Assembly (NCBI RefSeq): GCF_047606765.1
Contig: NZ_JASGED010000070.1
Span: 2,095-66,094, forward strand
DNA length: 64,000 nt
Direction: 5' to 3'
Source of the DNA: Thermomonas sp.
GTDB taxonomy: Bacteria > Pseudomonadota > Gammaproteobacteria > Xanthomonadales > Xanthomonadaceae
Each line of letters starts with the position of its first letter. The first letter of the stretch is position 1. This document shows positions 9,679 through 20,554 of this stretch, one piece after another. Under the pieces are notes generated by a model. It searched no databases. It saw only the letters and a program-made list of their open reading frames with translations, and was not told the DNA's origin. A program made the translations under genes and the position numbers.

Positions 9679-12234
9679 ATGGCCAAGAACCTGCTCGTCG
9701 TCGAATCGCCCGCCAAGGCCAAGACGATCAACAAATACCTCGGCAAGGACTTCACCGTCCTCGCCAGCTACGGCCATGTGCGTGATCTGGTGCCGAAGGA
9801 AGGCGCGGTCGATCCCGAACACGGCTTCGCCATGCGCTACGACCTGATCGACAAGAACGAGAAGCATGTCGATGCCATCGCCAAGGCCGCAAAGTCTGCG
9901 GACGGCATCTTCCTCGCCACCGACCCGGACCGCGAAGGCGAGGCGATCAGCTGGCACATCGCCGAAATCCTGAAAGAGCGCGGCCTGCTGGACGGCAAGC
10001 AGTTGCAGCGGGTGGTGTTCACCGAGATCACCCCGCGCGCCATCAAGGAAGCCATGCAGCAGCCGCGCAGCATCGCCGGCGACCTGGTCGATGCCCAGCA
10101 GGCACGGCGCGCGCTGGACTATCTGGTCGGCTTCAACCTGTCGCCGGTGCTGTGGCGCAAGGTGCAGCGCGGCCTGTCCGCAGGGCGCGTGCAAAGCCCT
10201 GCGCTGCGCATGATCGTGGAGCGCGAGGAAGAAATCGAAGCCTTCAAGGCACGCGAATACTGGACGGTCGAAGCCGAAGTCGCGCATCCCTCGCAGGCCT
10301 TCACCGCCAAGTTGTCCAAGCTGGACGGCAACAAGGCCGAGCAGTTCACCATCACCAATGCCGAGGATGCCGAAGCCGCGCGCGAACGCATCCAGAAAGC
10401 CGCAGGCGGGCAGTTGCACGTCACCGACGTTGCCAGCAAGGAGCGCAAGCGCCGCCCCGCGCCGCCGTTCACCACCTCCACCCTGCAGCAGGAAGCCGCG
10501 CGCAAGCTGGGCTTCACCACCCGCAAGACCATGCAGGTGGCGCAGAAGCTGTACGAAGGCGTGGCGATCGGCGAGGAAGGCACGGTTGGCCTGATTTCCT
10601 ACATGCGTACCGACTCGGTGAACCTGTCCGCCGAAGCACTGGCCGAAATCCGCGACGTGATCGCGCGCGACTTCGGCACCGCCTCGCTGCCGGACAAGCC
10701 GAACACCTACCAGACCAAGTCGAAGAACGCGCAGGAAGCGCACGAAGCCGTGCGCCCGACCTCCGCGCTGCGCACGCCATCACAGGTGGCGCGCTTTTTG
10801 ACCGATGACGAGCGCAAGCTGTACGAGCTGATCTGGAAGCGCGCGGTCGCCTGCCAGATGATCCCGGCCACGCTCAACACCGTCACCGTGGAACTGGCCG
10901 CAGGCAGCGAACACAGCTTCCGCGCCAGCGGTACGACCGTGGTGGTACCCGGTTTCCTCGCCGTGTATGAGGAAGGCAAGGATCAGAAGAACGCCGAGGA
11001 CGAGGACGAAGGCCGCAAGCTGCCGCTGATGAAGCCCGGCCAGAACGTGCCGCTGGATCGCATCCACGCCGACCAGCATTTCACCCAGCCGCCCCCGCGC
11101 TTCACCGAAGCGGCGCTGGTCAAGGCGTTGGAGGAATACGGCATCGGCCGCCCATCGACCTACGCATCCATCATCCAGACCCTGCTGTTCCGCAAGTACG
11201 CGGAGATGGAAGGCCGCAGCTTCCGTCCCACCGACGTGGGCCGCGCGGTGTCCAACTTCCTCAGCTCACACTTCACCCAGTACGTTGACTACGACTTCAC
11301 CGCCAGGCTCGAAGACGAACTCGACGCGGTTGCCGCCGGCGAGGAGGAATGGGTGCCGCTGATGGAGAAGTTCTGGGGCCCGTTCAAGCAACTGGTCGAG
11401 GAAAAATCCGAATCGGTGGATCGTACGCAGGCCACCGGTGCGCGCGAACTCGGCCTTGACCCCAAATCCGGCAAACCGGTCAGCGTGCGGCTGGGCCGTT
11501 ATGGGCCGTATGCGCAGATCGGCGACAAGGACACCGACGAGAAGCTGGAGTTCGCAAGCCTGCGCCCCGGCCAGTCGATGCACACGATCACGCTTGAGGA
11601 TGCGCTGGAACTGTTCAAGCTGCCGCGCAAGCTGGGCCTGTCGAACGATGAAGAAGTCAGCGTGGGCATTGGCCGCTTCGGGCCGTTCGCCAAGCGTGGC
11701 AGCACCTATGCCTCGCTGAAGAAGGAAGACGACCCCTACACCATCGACCTTGACCGCGCGGTGTTCCTGATCGAGGAGAAGGAAGAAATCGCGCGCAACC
11801 GCATCATCAAGGAATGGGATGGGCATGAGGTGCAGGTGCTCAATGGCCGCTTCGGCCCGTACATCAGCGACGGCAAGCTCAACGGCAAGATTCCGAAGGA
11901 TCGCGAGCCGGCTTCGCTGACGCTGGAGGAAACACTGCAACTGCTGGCCGAAACCGGCAAGCCGGTACGGCGCGGCTTCGGCGCGAAGAAGGCTGTGGCG
12001 AAGAAGGTAGCCGCCGAAAAGCCGGCAAAGAAAGCGGTGAAGAAAACCGCCACGAAGAAAACGACCGCCAGGAAAGCCACGAAGACGACGGCAGCAAGTC
12101 GTGCCGTTGCGAAGAAGGCCTTCAAGTCGATCTCCGGCGTCGAACCGGCACAGTCGGTGATGACCGCCAAGCCGGTCGAACCGGGCAAGAAGCGCATCGT
12201 CAAGAAAGCCTCACGCGACGAAGCGCCATTCTGA
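9679..12234 (+). CDS. topA: DNA topoisomerase I
   Basis: 851 aa. Toprim start LLVVESPAKAKTINKYLG, EGEAISWH, active-site region SYMRTDS, and a lysine/alanine-rich C-terminal tail. Confidence 0.97.
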   Translation: MAKNLLVVESPAKAKTINKYLGKDFTVLASYGHVRDLVPKEGAVDPEHGFAMRYDLIDKNEKHVDAIAKAAKSADGIFLATDPDREGEAISWHIAEILKERGLLDGKQLQRVVFTEITPRAIKEAMQQPRSIAGDLVDAQQARRALDYLVGFNLSPVLWRKVQRGLSAGRVQSPALRMIVEREEEIEAFKAREYWTVEAEVAHPSQAFTAKLSKLDGNKAEQFTITNAEDAEAARERIQKAAGGQLHVTDVASKERKRRPAPPFTTSTLQQEAARKLGFTTRKTMQVAQKLYEGVAIGEEGTVGLISYMRTDSVNLSAEALAEIRDVIARDFGTASLPDKPNTYQTKSKNAQEAHEAVRPTSALRTPSQVARFLTDDERKLYELIWKRAVACQMIPATLNTVTVELAAGSEHSFRASGTTVVVPGFLAVYEEGKDQKNAEDEDEGRKLPLMKPGQNVPLDRIHADQHFTQPPPRFTEAALVKALEEYGIGRPSTYASIIQTLLFRKYAEMEGRSFRPTDVGRAVSNFLSSHFTQYVDYDFTARLEDELDAVAAGEEEWVPLMEKFWGPFKQLVEEKSESVDRTQATGARELGLDPKSGKPVSVRLGRYGPYAQIGDKDTDEKLEFASLRPGQSMHTITLEDALELFKLPRKLGLSNDEEVSVGIGRFGPFAKRGSTYASLKKEDDPYTIDLDRAVFLIEEKEEIARNRIIKEWDGHEVQVLNGRFGPYISDGKLNGKIPKDREPASLTLEETLQLLAETGKPVRRGFGAKKAVAKKVAAEKPAKKAVKKTATKKTTARKATKTTAASRAVAKKAFKSISGVEPAQSVMTAKPVEPGKKRIVKKASRDEAPF

Positions 12235-12244
12235 TTTCTTCACC

Positions 12245-12344
12245 GTCATTCCGGCGCAAGCCGGAATCCAGCTTTGGTTTGTTCCTGCGGACTCAGCAAC
12301 CAGATCAAGAGCCAGAACTGGATTCCGGCTTTCGCTGGAATGAC
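12245..12344. repeat. REP family 1 element, copy b
   Basis: Arms GTCATTCCGGCGCAAGCCGGAATCCAG (12245..12271) and CTGGATTCCGGCTTTCGCTGGAATGAC (12318..12344). Spacer about 46 bp. Lies between topA and tsaC. Confidence 0.85.
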
Positions 12345-12365
12345 GAATCGGGAAACTGATTCGAC

Positions 12366-12926
12366 ATGACAGAGACCTCTTCCATCGAAACCTGCATCAC
12401 CACCCTCCGCAACGGCGGCGTCATCGCCTATCCCACCGAAGGCGTCTGGGGTCTGGGCTGCGACCCGCGTGATGAAAAGGCCGTGCTGCGCCTGCTTGCG
12501 CTGAAACAGCGCGATGTCGCCAAGGGCCTGATCCTGATCGCCGCCAGCGAAGCGCAACTTGCGGACTGCATCGACCTGTCCACGCTTGATGCCGACCGTA
12601 TCGCCGCCATCCGCGCAAGCTGGCCCGGCCCGAATACCTGGATCGTGCCGGCATCGAAACATGCACCGCGCTGGATAACCGGATCGCATGAGGGCATTGC
12701 CGTTCGCGTCACTGCGCATCCTGTGGTGATCGCACTGTGCGAGCAGTTCGGCCACGCGCTGGTGTCCACCAGCGCCAACATCGCAAGCCAGCCGGCACCA
12801 CGCAGCCGCGCCGAACTTGACCCGCGCCTCCTTGCAGGCGTTGACGCGCTGGCCGATGGCGAAACCACTGGACTGGCGCAGCCCACCACCATCCGCGACG
12901 CACGCACGGGCCAGACCCTGCGCTGA
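12366..12926 (+). CDS. tsaC: L-threonylcarbamoyladenylate synthase (YrdC/RimN type)
   Basis: 186 aa. GGVIAYPTEGVWGLGCDP...ALKQR...GLILI...STSAN, which are YrdC-domain motifs. Confidence 0.9.
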   Translation: MTETSSIETCITTLRNGGVIAYPTEGVWGLGCDPRDEKAVLRLLALKQRDVAKGLILIAASEAQLADCIDLSTLDADRIAAIRASWPGPNTWIVPASKHAPRWITGSHEGIAVRVTAHPVVIALCEQFGHALVSTSANIASQPAPRSRAELDPRLLAGVDALADGETTGLAQPTTIRDARTGQTLR

Positions 12927-13091
12927 AAGGGGCCTGCGCCAACGCGCGCAAAGGTTTCTTTCGCAACGAAATATTCTTCTGCGATGCGGTTGTCGCAACG
13001 CACAAAATGTGTTCTATTCGGATGAAGCGATAGGTTCTGCGGCGGACGCCACGCCACGGAGCCGCCCCTTCCTCCAACGACGAACACGACG

Positions 13092-16000
13092 ATGCGGCAT
13101 AGCCCGGATCGGGGCCTTTACGACCCCGCCAGCGAACATGACAGCTGTGGTTTTGGACTGATCGCCCAGGTCAAGGGCGAAGGTTCACGCATGATCGTGG
13201 ATGCCGCACTGGATGCACTCTCACGCATGGCGCATCGCGGCGGCGTGGCGGCGGACGGGCTTTCCGGCGATGGTTGTGGCGTGTTGATGCACGGTGCCGA
13301 AGGCTTCGTGCGCACGCTGGCTACCGAAGCCGGTTTCCCGCTGCACGCAGGTGCCGTGGCGGCGGGCAATGTGTTCCTGCCGCGCGATGCCGAAGCCGCG
13401 GCGCGATGTCGCAACACCCTGCAAGACGAGCTCACGCGCATCGACGTGCGCGTGCGCGGCTGGCGCGAGGTGCCGGTGGATCCTTCGGCCTGCGGCAAGC
13501 TGGCGCAAGGTTCACTGCCACGCATCGAACAGGTGTTCGTGGAAAGCGATGCAACCGACATCGATGCGCTGGAACGCGCGCTGTTCCTCGCACGCAGGCG
13601 CAGCGAGGAAGCGCTGCACGATGTCACCGACTTCCATGTCGTTGGCCTGTCGCCGCGCCTGCTGGGCTACAAGGGCATGGTGCTGCCTTCGCATTTGCGG
13701 CAGTTGTTCCCCGACCTGTCGCGCCCGGAGCTGGCTGCGCGCGCGGTGGTGTTCCACCAGCGTTTCTCCACCAACACGCTGCCGCGCTGGCCGCTGGCGC
13801 ATCCGTTCCGCCGGCTTGCCCACAATGGCGAGATCAACAGCATCGAAGGCAACCGCCGCTGGGCGCAGGCGCGCAAGGACGTGTGGCGTTCGCCGCTGCT
13901 GAACGTGGATGAGTTCAAAGCCGTAGTCACCCAGCACGGCTCGGATTCGCAGAGCCTCGACAACATGCTGGAGTGGCTGCTGCTGGGCGGCATGGACTTG
14001 CCAAAGGCGATGCGCATCCTGATGCCGCCTGCCACGCAGTCGCTGGAATACAAGGACGCCGACCTTGCCGCGTTCTACGAGTACTACGCGATCAATTCCG
14101 AGCCGTGGGACGGCCCGGCGGGCGTGGTGACCTGCGATGGCAAGTACGCCGCCTGCGCGCTGGATCGCAACGGCCTGCGCCCGGCGCGCTGGACGCTGAC
14201 CGATGACGATGTGTTCGTGATCGCATCGGAAACCGGCGTGCTGGATGTCGCGCCGGAGCGCGTCATCGCCAAGGGCAAGCTGGGGCCGGGCGAAATGATC
14301 GCGGTGGATCTGGTCGAAGGCCGGCTGCTGGACAACGACGCCATCGATGCGCTCAACCGCGCGCGCGCGCCGTACAAGCAGTGGCTTAAGCAGGGCATGA
14401 CCTACCTGCACACCGAGCTGATCGACCCGGCGCTGACCGATGCGCCGTTCGACGACGCCACCCTGCTCGGCTTCCAGAAACTGTTCCACCTCACCCGCGA
14501 GGAACAGGAAGGCGTGCTGCGCCCGCTGGCGGAAACCGAGCAGGAAGCCATCGGTTCGATGGGTGACGACATCCCGATGGCGGCCATCAGCCAGCGCGTG
14601 CGCCCGCTGTATGACTGCTTCCGGCAGGCCTTTGCACAGGTGACAAATCCGCCCATCGACCCGCTGCGCGAGGAGTGCGTGATGACGCTCTCCACCCAGA
14701 TCGGGCGCGAGGGCAACCTGTTCCACGATGGCCCGGAGAACGTACACCACGTGCTGCTGAACTCGCCGGTGCTGTCGCAGCGCAAGCTGCACCAGTTGCT
14801 GGCGCTGCCGCGCTTCGCCGACGCCTACCGCTACATCGACCTGTATTTCGATGACGGCACCTCGCTTGCAGATGCACTCGACCGCATCTGCGCACAAGCC
14901 GAAGACGCCGCACGCACGGGCGCGGAAATCCTGATCCTCAGCGACCGTCGCCCGCGTCGCGGCACGGCGGCGGTGCATGCACTGCTGGCAACCGGCGCGG
15001 TCAACCAGCATCTGGTGCGCACCGGGCTGCGCTGCGCGGTGAATGTGATCGTGGAAACCGGCACCGCGCGCGACCCGCATCACTTCGCCTGCCTGATTGG
15101 CTTTGGCGCAACCGCCGTGTATCCGTACCTGGCCTACCAGACGCTGCATGCGCTGGGCCGGCGCGGCATTCTCGGCGGCAAGACCAGCGGCGAACCGTTG
15201 CAGATCGGCCGCAGCTACCGGCGCGGCGTGAAGAAGGGTCTGCTGAAGATTTTGTCGAAGATGGGCATCGGCAGCATCGCCAGCTATCGCGGCGCGCAGT
15301 TGTTCGAAATCGTGGGCCTGGCCGATGAAGTGGTCGAACGCTGCTTCGCGGAAACGCCTTCGCGCATCGGCGGTGCCGGCTTTGCACGCTTGGAAGCCGA
15401 CGCGCGCCATCTTGCCGCGCACGGCTGGGACGACGACGCATTGCCGGAAATCGGCGGCTTGATGCGTTACGTCCACGGCGGCGAATACCACCAGTACAAC
15501 CCGGATGTGGTGCAGTCGCTGCAACGCGCCGTGCGCAGTGGCGAGCGCGACGACTGGAAGGTGTATGCCGACCATGTGAACCATCGTCCGCCTGCGGCGC
15601 TGCGCGACCTGCTGCGATTGAAGCTGGCGGACACGCCGCTTCCGCTTTCGGAAGTGGAACCGGTGGAAAGCATCGTGCGCCGCTTCGACAGCGCAGCAAT
15701 GAGTTTGGGTGCGTTGTCGCCGGAAGCACACGAAGCGCTTGCCATCGCCATGAATCGCCTCGGCGGGCGCAGCAATTCCGGCGAAGGTGGCGAAGACCCG
15801 GCGCGCTACGGCACCGACAGGCGCAGCAAGATCAAGCAGGTAGCATCGGGCCGTTTTGGCGTGACGCCGGAATACCTCATCAACGCCGAAGTGCTGCAGA
15901 TCAAGGTGGCGCAGGGCGCGAAGCCCGGCGAAGGCGGGCAGCTGCCGGGCAGCAAGGTCAATCCGCTGATCGCGCGGCTGCGCTACGCCAAGCCCGGCAT

Positions 16001-17549
16001 CGGCCTGATCTCGCCGCCGCCGCACCATGACATCTATTCCATCGAAGACCTCGCGCAACTGATCTTCGACCTGCGGCAGGTGAATCCGCAGGCGCTGATC
16101 TCGGTGAAGCTGGTCTCGCACGCGGGCGTGGGCACGATTGCAGCAGGCGTTGCCAAGGCCGGCGCCGACCTCATCACGATTGCGGGCCACGACGGTGGCA
16201 CCGGTGCAAGCCCGGTCGGCTCCGTGCGCTATGCCGGCGTGCCGTGGGAACTGGGACTGTCCGAAGCGCGGCAGGCGCTGCAACACAACGAACTGCGCGA
16301 GCGCGTGCTGCTGCAAACCGATGGTGGCCTGAAGACCGGTCTTGATGTCATCAAGGCTGCGTTGCTGGGCGCGGACAGCTTCGGCTTCGGCACCGGGCCG
16401 ATGATCGCGCTGGGCTGCAAATACCTGCGCATCTGCCATCTCAACAACTGCGCCACCGGCGTTGCCACGCAGGATGACCGCTTGCGCCGCGACCACTACA
16501 ACGGCCCGCCGGAACGCGCCGAAGCGTTCTTCCGCAACATCGCCGAAGACGTGCGGCAGTGGTTAGCGCTGCTGGGCCTGCGCACGCTGGACGAAGCGAT
16601 TGGCCGCACCGATCTGCTCGAACAGCATCTGCGCGCCACCCGCGAAGACGTCGATGTTGACCTGTCAAGGCTGCTGGCGCGTGACCCGACGCAGGCCACC
16701 GCGTACTGCGGCTCGCCCGCGCTGCAGGCACCGCCGCATGGCCTGGCGGCACGGCTGGATGCGGCACTGGCCGAGGTCATTGCCAGGGGCAACGGCGGCG
16801 CACACAGCGACACCATCGAAAACACCGACCGCAGCATCGGCACGCGCCTGTCCGGATTGATCGCACGCCACCACGGCAATACCGGCATGGCCGAACGCCC
16901 CATCGAACTGCGCCTGACCGGCAGCGCCGGGCAAAGTTTTGGCGCGTTCAATGCCGGTGGCCTGCATCTGCATCTTGAGGGCGAAGCCAACGACTACGTC
17001 GGCAAGGGCATGGCCGGTGGCCGCATCGTGCTGCAACCGCCGCGCGGCAGCCGCTTTGCATCGCAGGATGCGCCGATCCTCGGCAACACCTGCCTGTACG
17101 GCGCAACCGGCGGCGAGGTGTATGCCGCAGGCCGCGCGGGCGAGCGCTTCGCCGTGCGCAACTCCGGCGCGACCGCCGTGATCGAAGGCGCGGGCGACCA
17201 CTGCTGCGAATACATGACCGGCGGCGCAGTGGCGGTGCTGGGCCGCACCGGCCTCAACTTCGGCGCGGGCTTCACCGGCGGGCTTGCCTATGTGCTCGAC
17301 CTCGACCGCGATTTCGTGGACCGCTACAACCACGAGTTGATCGACATCGTGCGCATCTCGCCTGAAGGCCTGGACAACTACCGCCAGCACCTCACCGACC
17401 TGCTGGAAGCGCATGTGCGCCTGACCGGCAGCGCGTGGAGCGCACGCATCCTCGACGAGTTCCGCGACTTCCTCGGCAAGTTCTGGCTGGTCAAGCCGAA
17501 GGCGGCGAGCCTTGAAGCACTGGCGCACGAATTGAGGAGAGCCGCATGA
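13092..17549 (+). CDS. gltB: Glutamate synthase (NADPH) large subunit
   Basis: 1485 aa. The N-terminal amidotransferase begins ...EHDSCGFGLIAQ. FMN and GXGXG domains are recognisable (GEGGEDP, ISPPPHHDIYSIEDL, GTGASP). Confidence 0.97.
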   Translation: MRHSPDRGLYDPASEHDSCGFGLIAQVKGEGSRMIVDAALDALSRMAHRGGVAADGLSGDGCGVLMHGAEGFVRTLATEAGFPLHAGAVAAGNVFLPRDAEAAARCRNTLQDELTRIDVRVRGWREVPVDPSACGKLAQGSLPRIEQVFVESDATDIDALERALFLARRRSEEALHDVTDFHVVGLSPRLLGYKGMVLPSHLRQLFPDLSRPELAARAVVFHQRFSTNTLPRWPLAHPFRRLAHNGEINSIEGNRRWAQARKDVWRSPLLNVDEFKAVVTQHGSDSQSLDNMLEWLLLGGMDLPKAMRILMPPATQSLEYKDADLAAFYEYYAINSEPWDGPAGVVTCDGKYAACALDRNGLRPARWTLTDDDVFVIASETGVLDVAPERVIAKGKLGPGEMIAVDLVEGRLLDNDAIDALNRARAPYKQWLKQGMTYLHTELIDPALTDAPFDDATLLGFQKLFHLTREEQEGVLRPLAETEQEAIGSMGDDIPMAAISQRVRPLYDCFRQAFAQVTNPPIDPLREECVMTLSTQIGREGNLFHDGPENVHHVLLNSPVLSQRKLHQLLALPRFADAYRYIDLYFDDGTSLADALDRICAQAEDAARTGAEILILSDRRPRRGTAAVHALLATGAVNQHLVRTGLRCAVNVIVETGTARDPHHFACLIGFGATAVYPYLAYQTLHALGRRGILGGKTSGEPLQIGRSYRRGVKKGLLKILSKMGIGSIASYRGAQLFEIVGLADEVVERCFAETPSRIGGAGFARLEADARHLAAHGWDDDALPEIGGLMRYVHGGEYHQYNPDVVQSLQRAVRSGERDDWKVYADHVNHRPPAALRDLLRLKLADTPLPLSEVEPVESIVRRFDSAAMSLGALSPEAHEALAIAMNRLGGRSNSGEGGEDPARYGTDRRSKIKQVASGRFGVTPEYLINAEVLQIKVAQGAKPGEGGQLPGSKVNPLIARLRYAKPGIGLISPPPHHDIYSIEDLAQLIFDLRQVNPQALISVKLVSHAGVGTIAAGVAKAGADLITIAGHDGGTGASPVGSVRYAGVPWELGLSEARQALQHNELRERVLLQTDGGLKTGLDVIKAALLGADSFGFGTGPMIALGCKYLRICHLNNCATGVATQDDRLRRDHYNGPPERAEAFFRNIAEDVRQWLALLGLRTLDEAIGRTDLLEQHLRATREDVDVDLSRLLARDPTQATAYCGSPALQAPPHGLAARLDAALAEVIARGNGGAHSDTIENTDRSIGTRLSGLIARHHGNTGMAERPIELRLTGSAGQSFGAFNAGGLHLHLEGEANDYVGKGMAGGRIVLQPPRGSRFASQDAPILGNTCLYGATGGEVYAAGRAGERFAVRNSGATAVIEGAGDHCCEYMTGGAVAVLGRTGLNFGAGFTGGLAYVLDLDRDFVDRYNHELIDIVRISPEGLDNYRQHLTDLLEAHVRLTGSAWSARILDEFRDFLGKFWLVKPKAASLEALAHELRRAA

Positions 17550-17561
17550 ATCATTCGTGCC

Positions 17562-19170
<1,609 letters not shown>

Positions 19171-19230
19171 GCTGAACGGCGGCGGCTGACGGGCTTTCCC
19201 CGCGCCGCCCACACGCGCCAAGATAGGCGC

Positions 19231-19905
19231 ATGCTGCGCCTCGCCTTGCTGCCGATGCTTGCCCTCCTGCTGCTGCCCGCCACCGTGCAGGCGCAGGCCG
19301 GTGGCGGTGTCACCGTGTATCGCTGCCTTGATGCCAGCGGCAAGCAGGCGCTGCGCGACACGCCCTGTCCAAAGGGCCAGAAGCAGCAGGCGCGCGACAT
19401 GTTGCGTCCGGTGGATGCACCCGCAAAGCCGGCGCAACCGGCATCCACGGCATCGACACCCACGCCACCGCCCGCACAGCACACCACCGTCTATCTGGTG
19501 CCGCCGCGCGCGATGTACGAATGCACCACGCCGGAAGGCCAGCGCTATACCAGTGACGATGACGCCGGCAATCCGCGCTGGGTGCCGTTGTGGACGCTGG
19601 GCTATCCGGTGGTGCGATCGCAGACATCGCTGGGCAACAACATCGGTGGCCCGCCGCCACACCCGGACAGGCCAATGCGTCCGCCGCCGCACCGGATCAA
19701 CTGGCCGGTCGCCACCGGCGGCGGCACATGGATACGCGACACCTGCGTGATCCTGCCGCCGAGTGAAACCTGCTCGCGCCTGCGTGATCGCCGCGATGCC
19801 ATCCGCACCCGTTTCTTCAACGCGCAGGAGAAGGAACGCGATGCCCTGCGCATCGAGGAACGCGGCATCAACGCGCGCCTTGCCAACGACTGCGGAGACC
19901 GCTGA
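19231..19905 (+). CDS. Secreted DUF4124-like protein, paralogue 1
   Basis: Signal peptide MLRLALLPMLALLLLPATVQAQA followed by VYRCLDASGKQALRDTPCP (DUF4124-like N-terminal motif). Proline-rich linker, Cys-containing C-terminal half. Confidence 0.7.
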   Translation: MLRLALLPMLALLLLPATVQAQAGGGVTVYRCLDASGKQALRDTPCPKGQKQQARDMLRPVDAPAKPAQPASTASTPTPPPAQHTTVYLVPPRAMYECTTPEGQRYTSDDDAGNPRWVPLWTLGYPVVRSQTSLGNNIGGPPPHPDRPMRPPPHRINWPVATGGGTWIRDTCVILPPSETCSRLRDRRDAIRTRFFNAQEKERDALRIEERGINARLANDCGDR

Positions 19906-19906
19906 C

Positions 19907-20548
19907 ATGCGCCGGATCGCCATCGCCCTGCTGCTCCTGTGCGCGCCGCTGGCACTGCACGCGCAGGAGACCGTGCTCTACAAATGCACCGATGCCAAGG
20001 GCGCGGTGACGATGCAGAACGGCGTGCCCTGCGCGCCCGGCATGAAACAGGACGTGCGCCGCATCGGCGAGGTGAAGACGGTGCCTGTACCGGTGCAGAA
20101 GCCGAAGGTCGATGAACCGCCGGATGCGCCGGTGTATGGCGAGTTCATCCAGGTCGGTGGTCCGCGCACGCAGCGCACACCCGCGCCGGAAGCCGCCGGC
20201 CTGCCCGCGCCGCCCGCGCTGTTCCAGTGCACCACATGGAAGGGCGAAACCTATCTGGGCGAAACTGCCACGCCCGAACCAAAATGCGCGCCGCTGGCGA
20301 TCACCGGCATCGACGGCAACTCCGCCTTCCAGATGGGCAGCGCCTGCGAAGTGAAATACGACGAGTGCAGCGCGATTCCGGCCGAGCAGTTGTGCGATGC
20401 CTGGTATCGGCGGCTGGACGATGCCGACTTCAAGCGCCGTTACACCAATGGCGATACCGAACGCGAACGTCAGGCCGCTTACGAATCCATCGAGGCCAAG
20501 ATCAAGGCCAGCAACTGCTCGACGGTCGCGCCGACGCCCGCACCCTGA
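19907..20548 (+). CDS. Secreted DUF4124-like protein, paralogue 2
   Basis: ATG at 19907 in the frame of ORF 19763..20548, 1 nt after the stop of paralogue 1. Signal MRRIAIALLLLCAPLALHAQ, then VLYKCTDAKGAVTMQNGVPCAPG. Architecture is parallel to paralogue 1. Confidence 0.7.
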   Translation: MRRIAIALLLLCAPLALHAQETVLYKCTDAKGAVTMQNGVPCAPGMKQDVRRIGEVKTVPVPVQKPKVDEPPDAPVYGEFIQVGGPRTQRTPAPEAAGLPAPPALFQCTTWKGETYLGETATPEPKCAPLAITGIDGNSAFQMGSACEVKYDECSAIPAEQLCDAWYRRLDDADFKRRYTNGDTERERQAAYESIEAKIKASNCSTVAPTPAP

Positions 20549-20554
20549 TCCGGT

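Noticed and set aside
12246-12998. 250-aa minus-strand ORF overlapping tsaC, and the similar REP-containing ORFs 17378..17821, 28722..28907 and 28777..29226
   Set aside because: They are antisense to real genes and contain the tell-tale REP-derived peptide VIPAKAGIQ. They are artefacts created by the repeat.
13512-16496. 994-aa ORF on the minus strand
   Set aside because: It is entirely antisense to gltB, whose identity is unambiguous. It has no recognisable motifs and is a GC-driven open frame.
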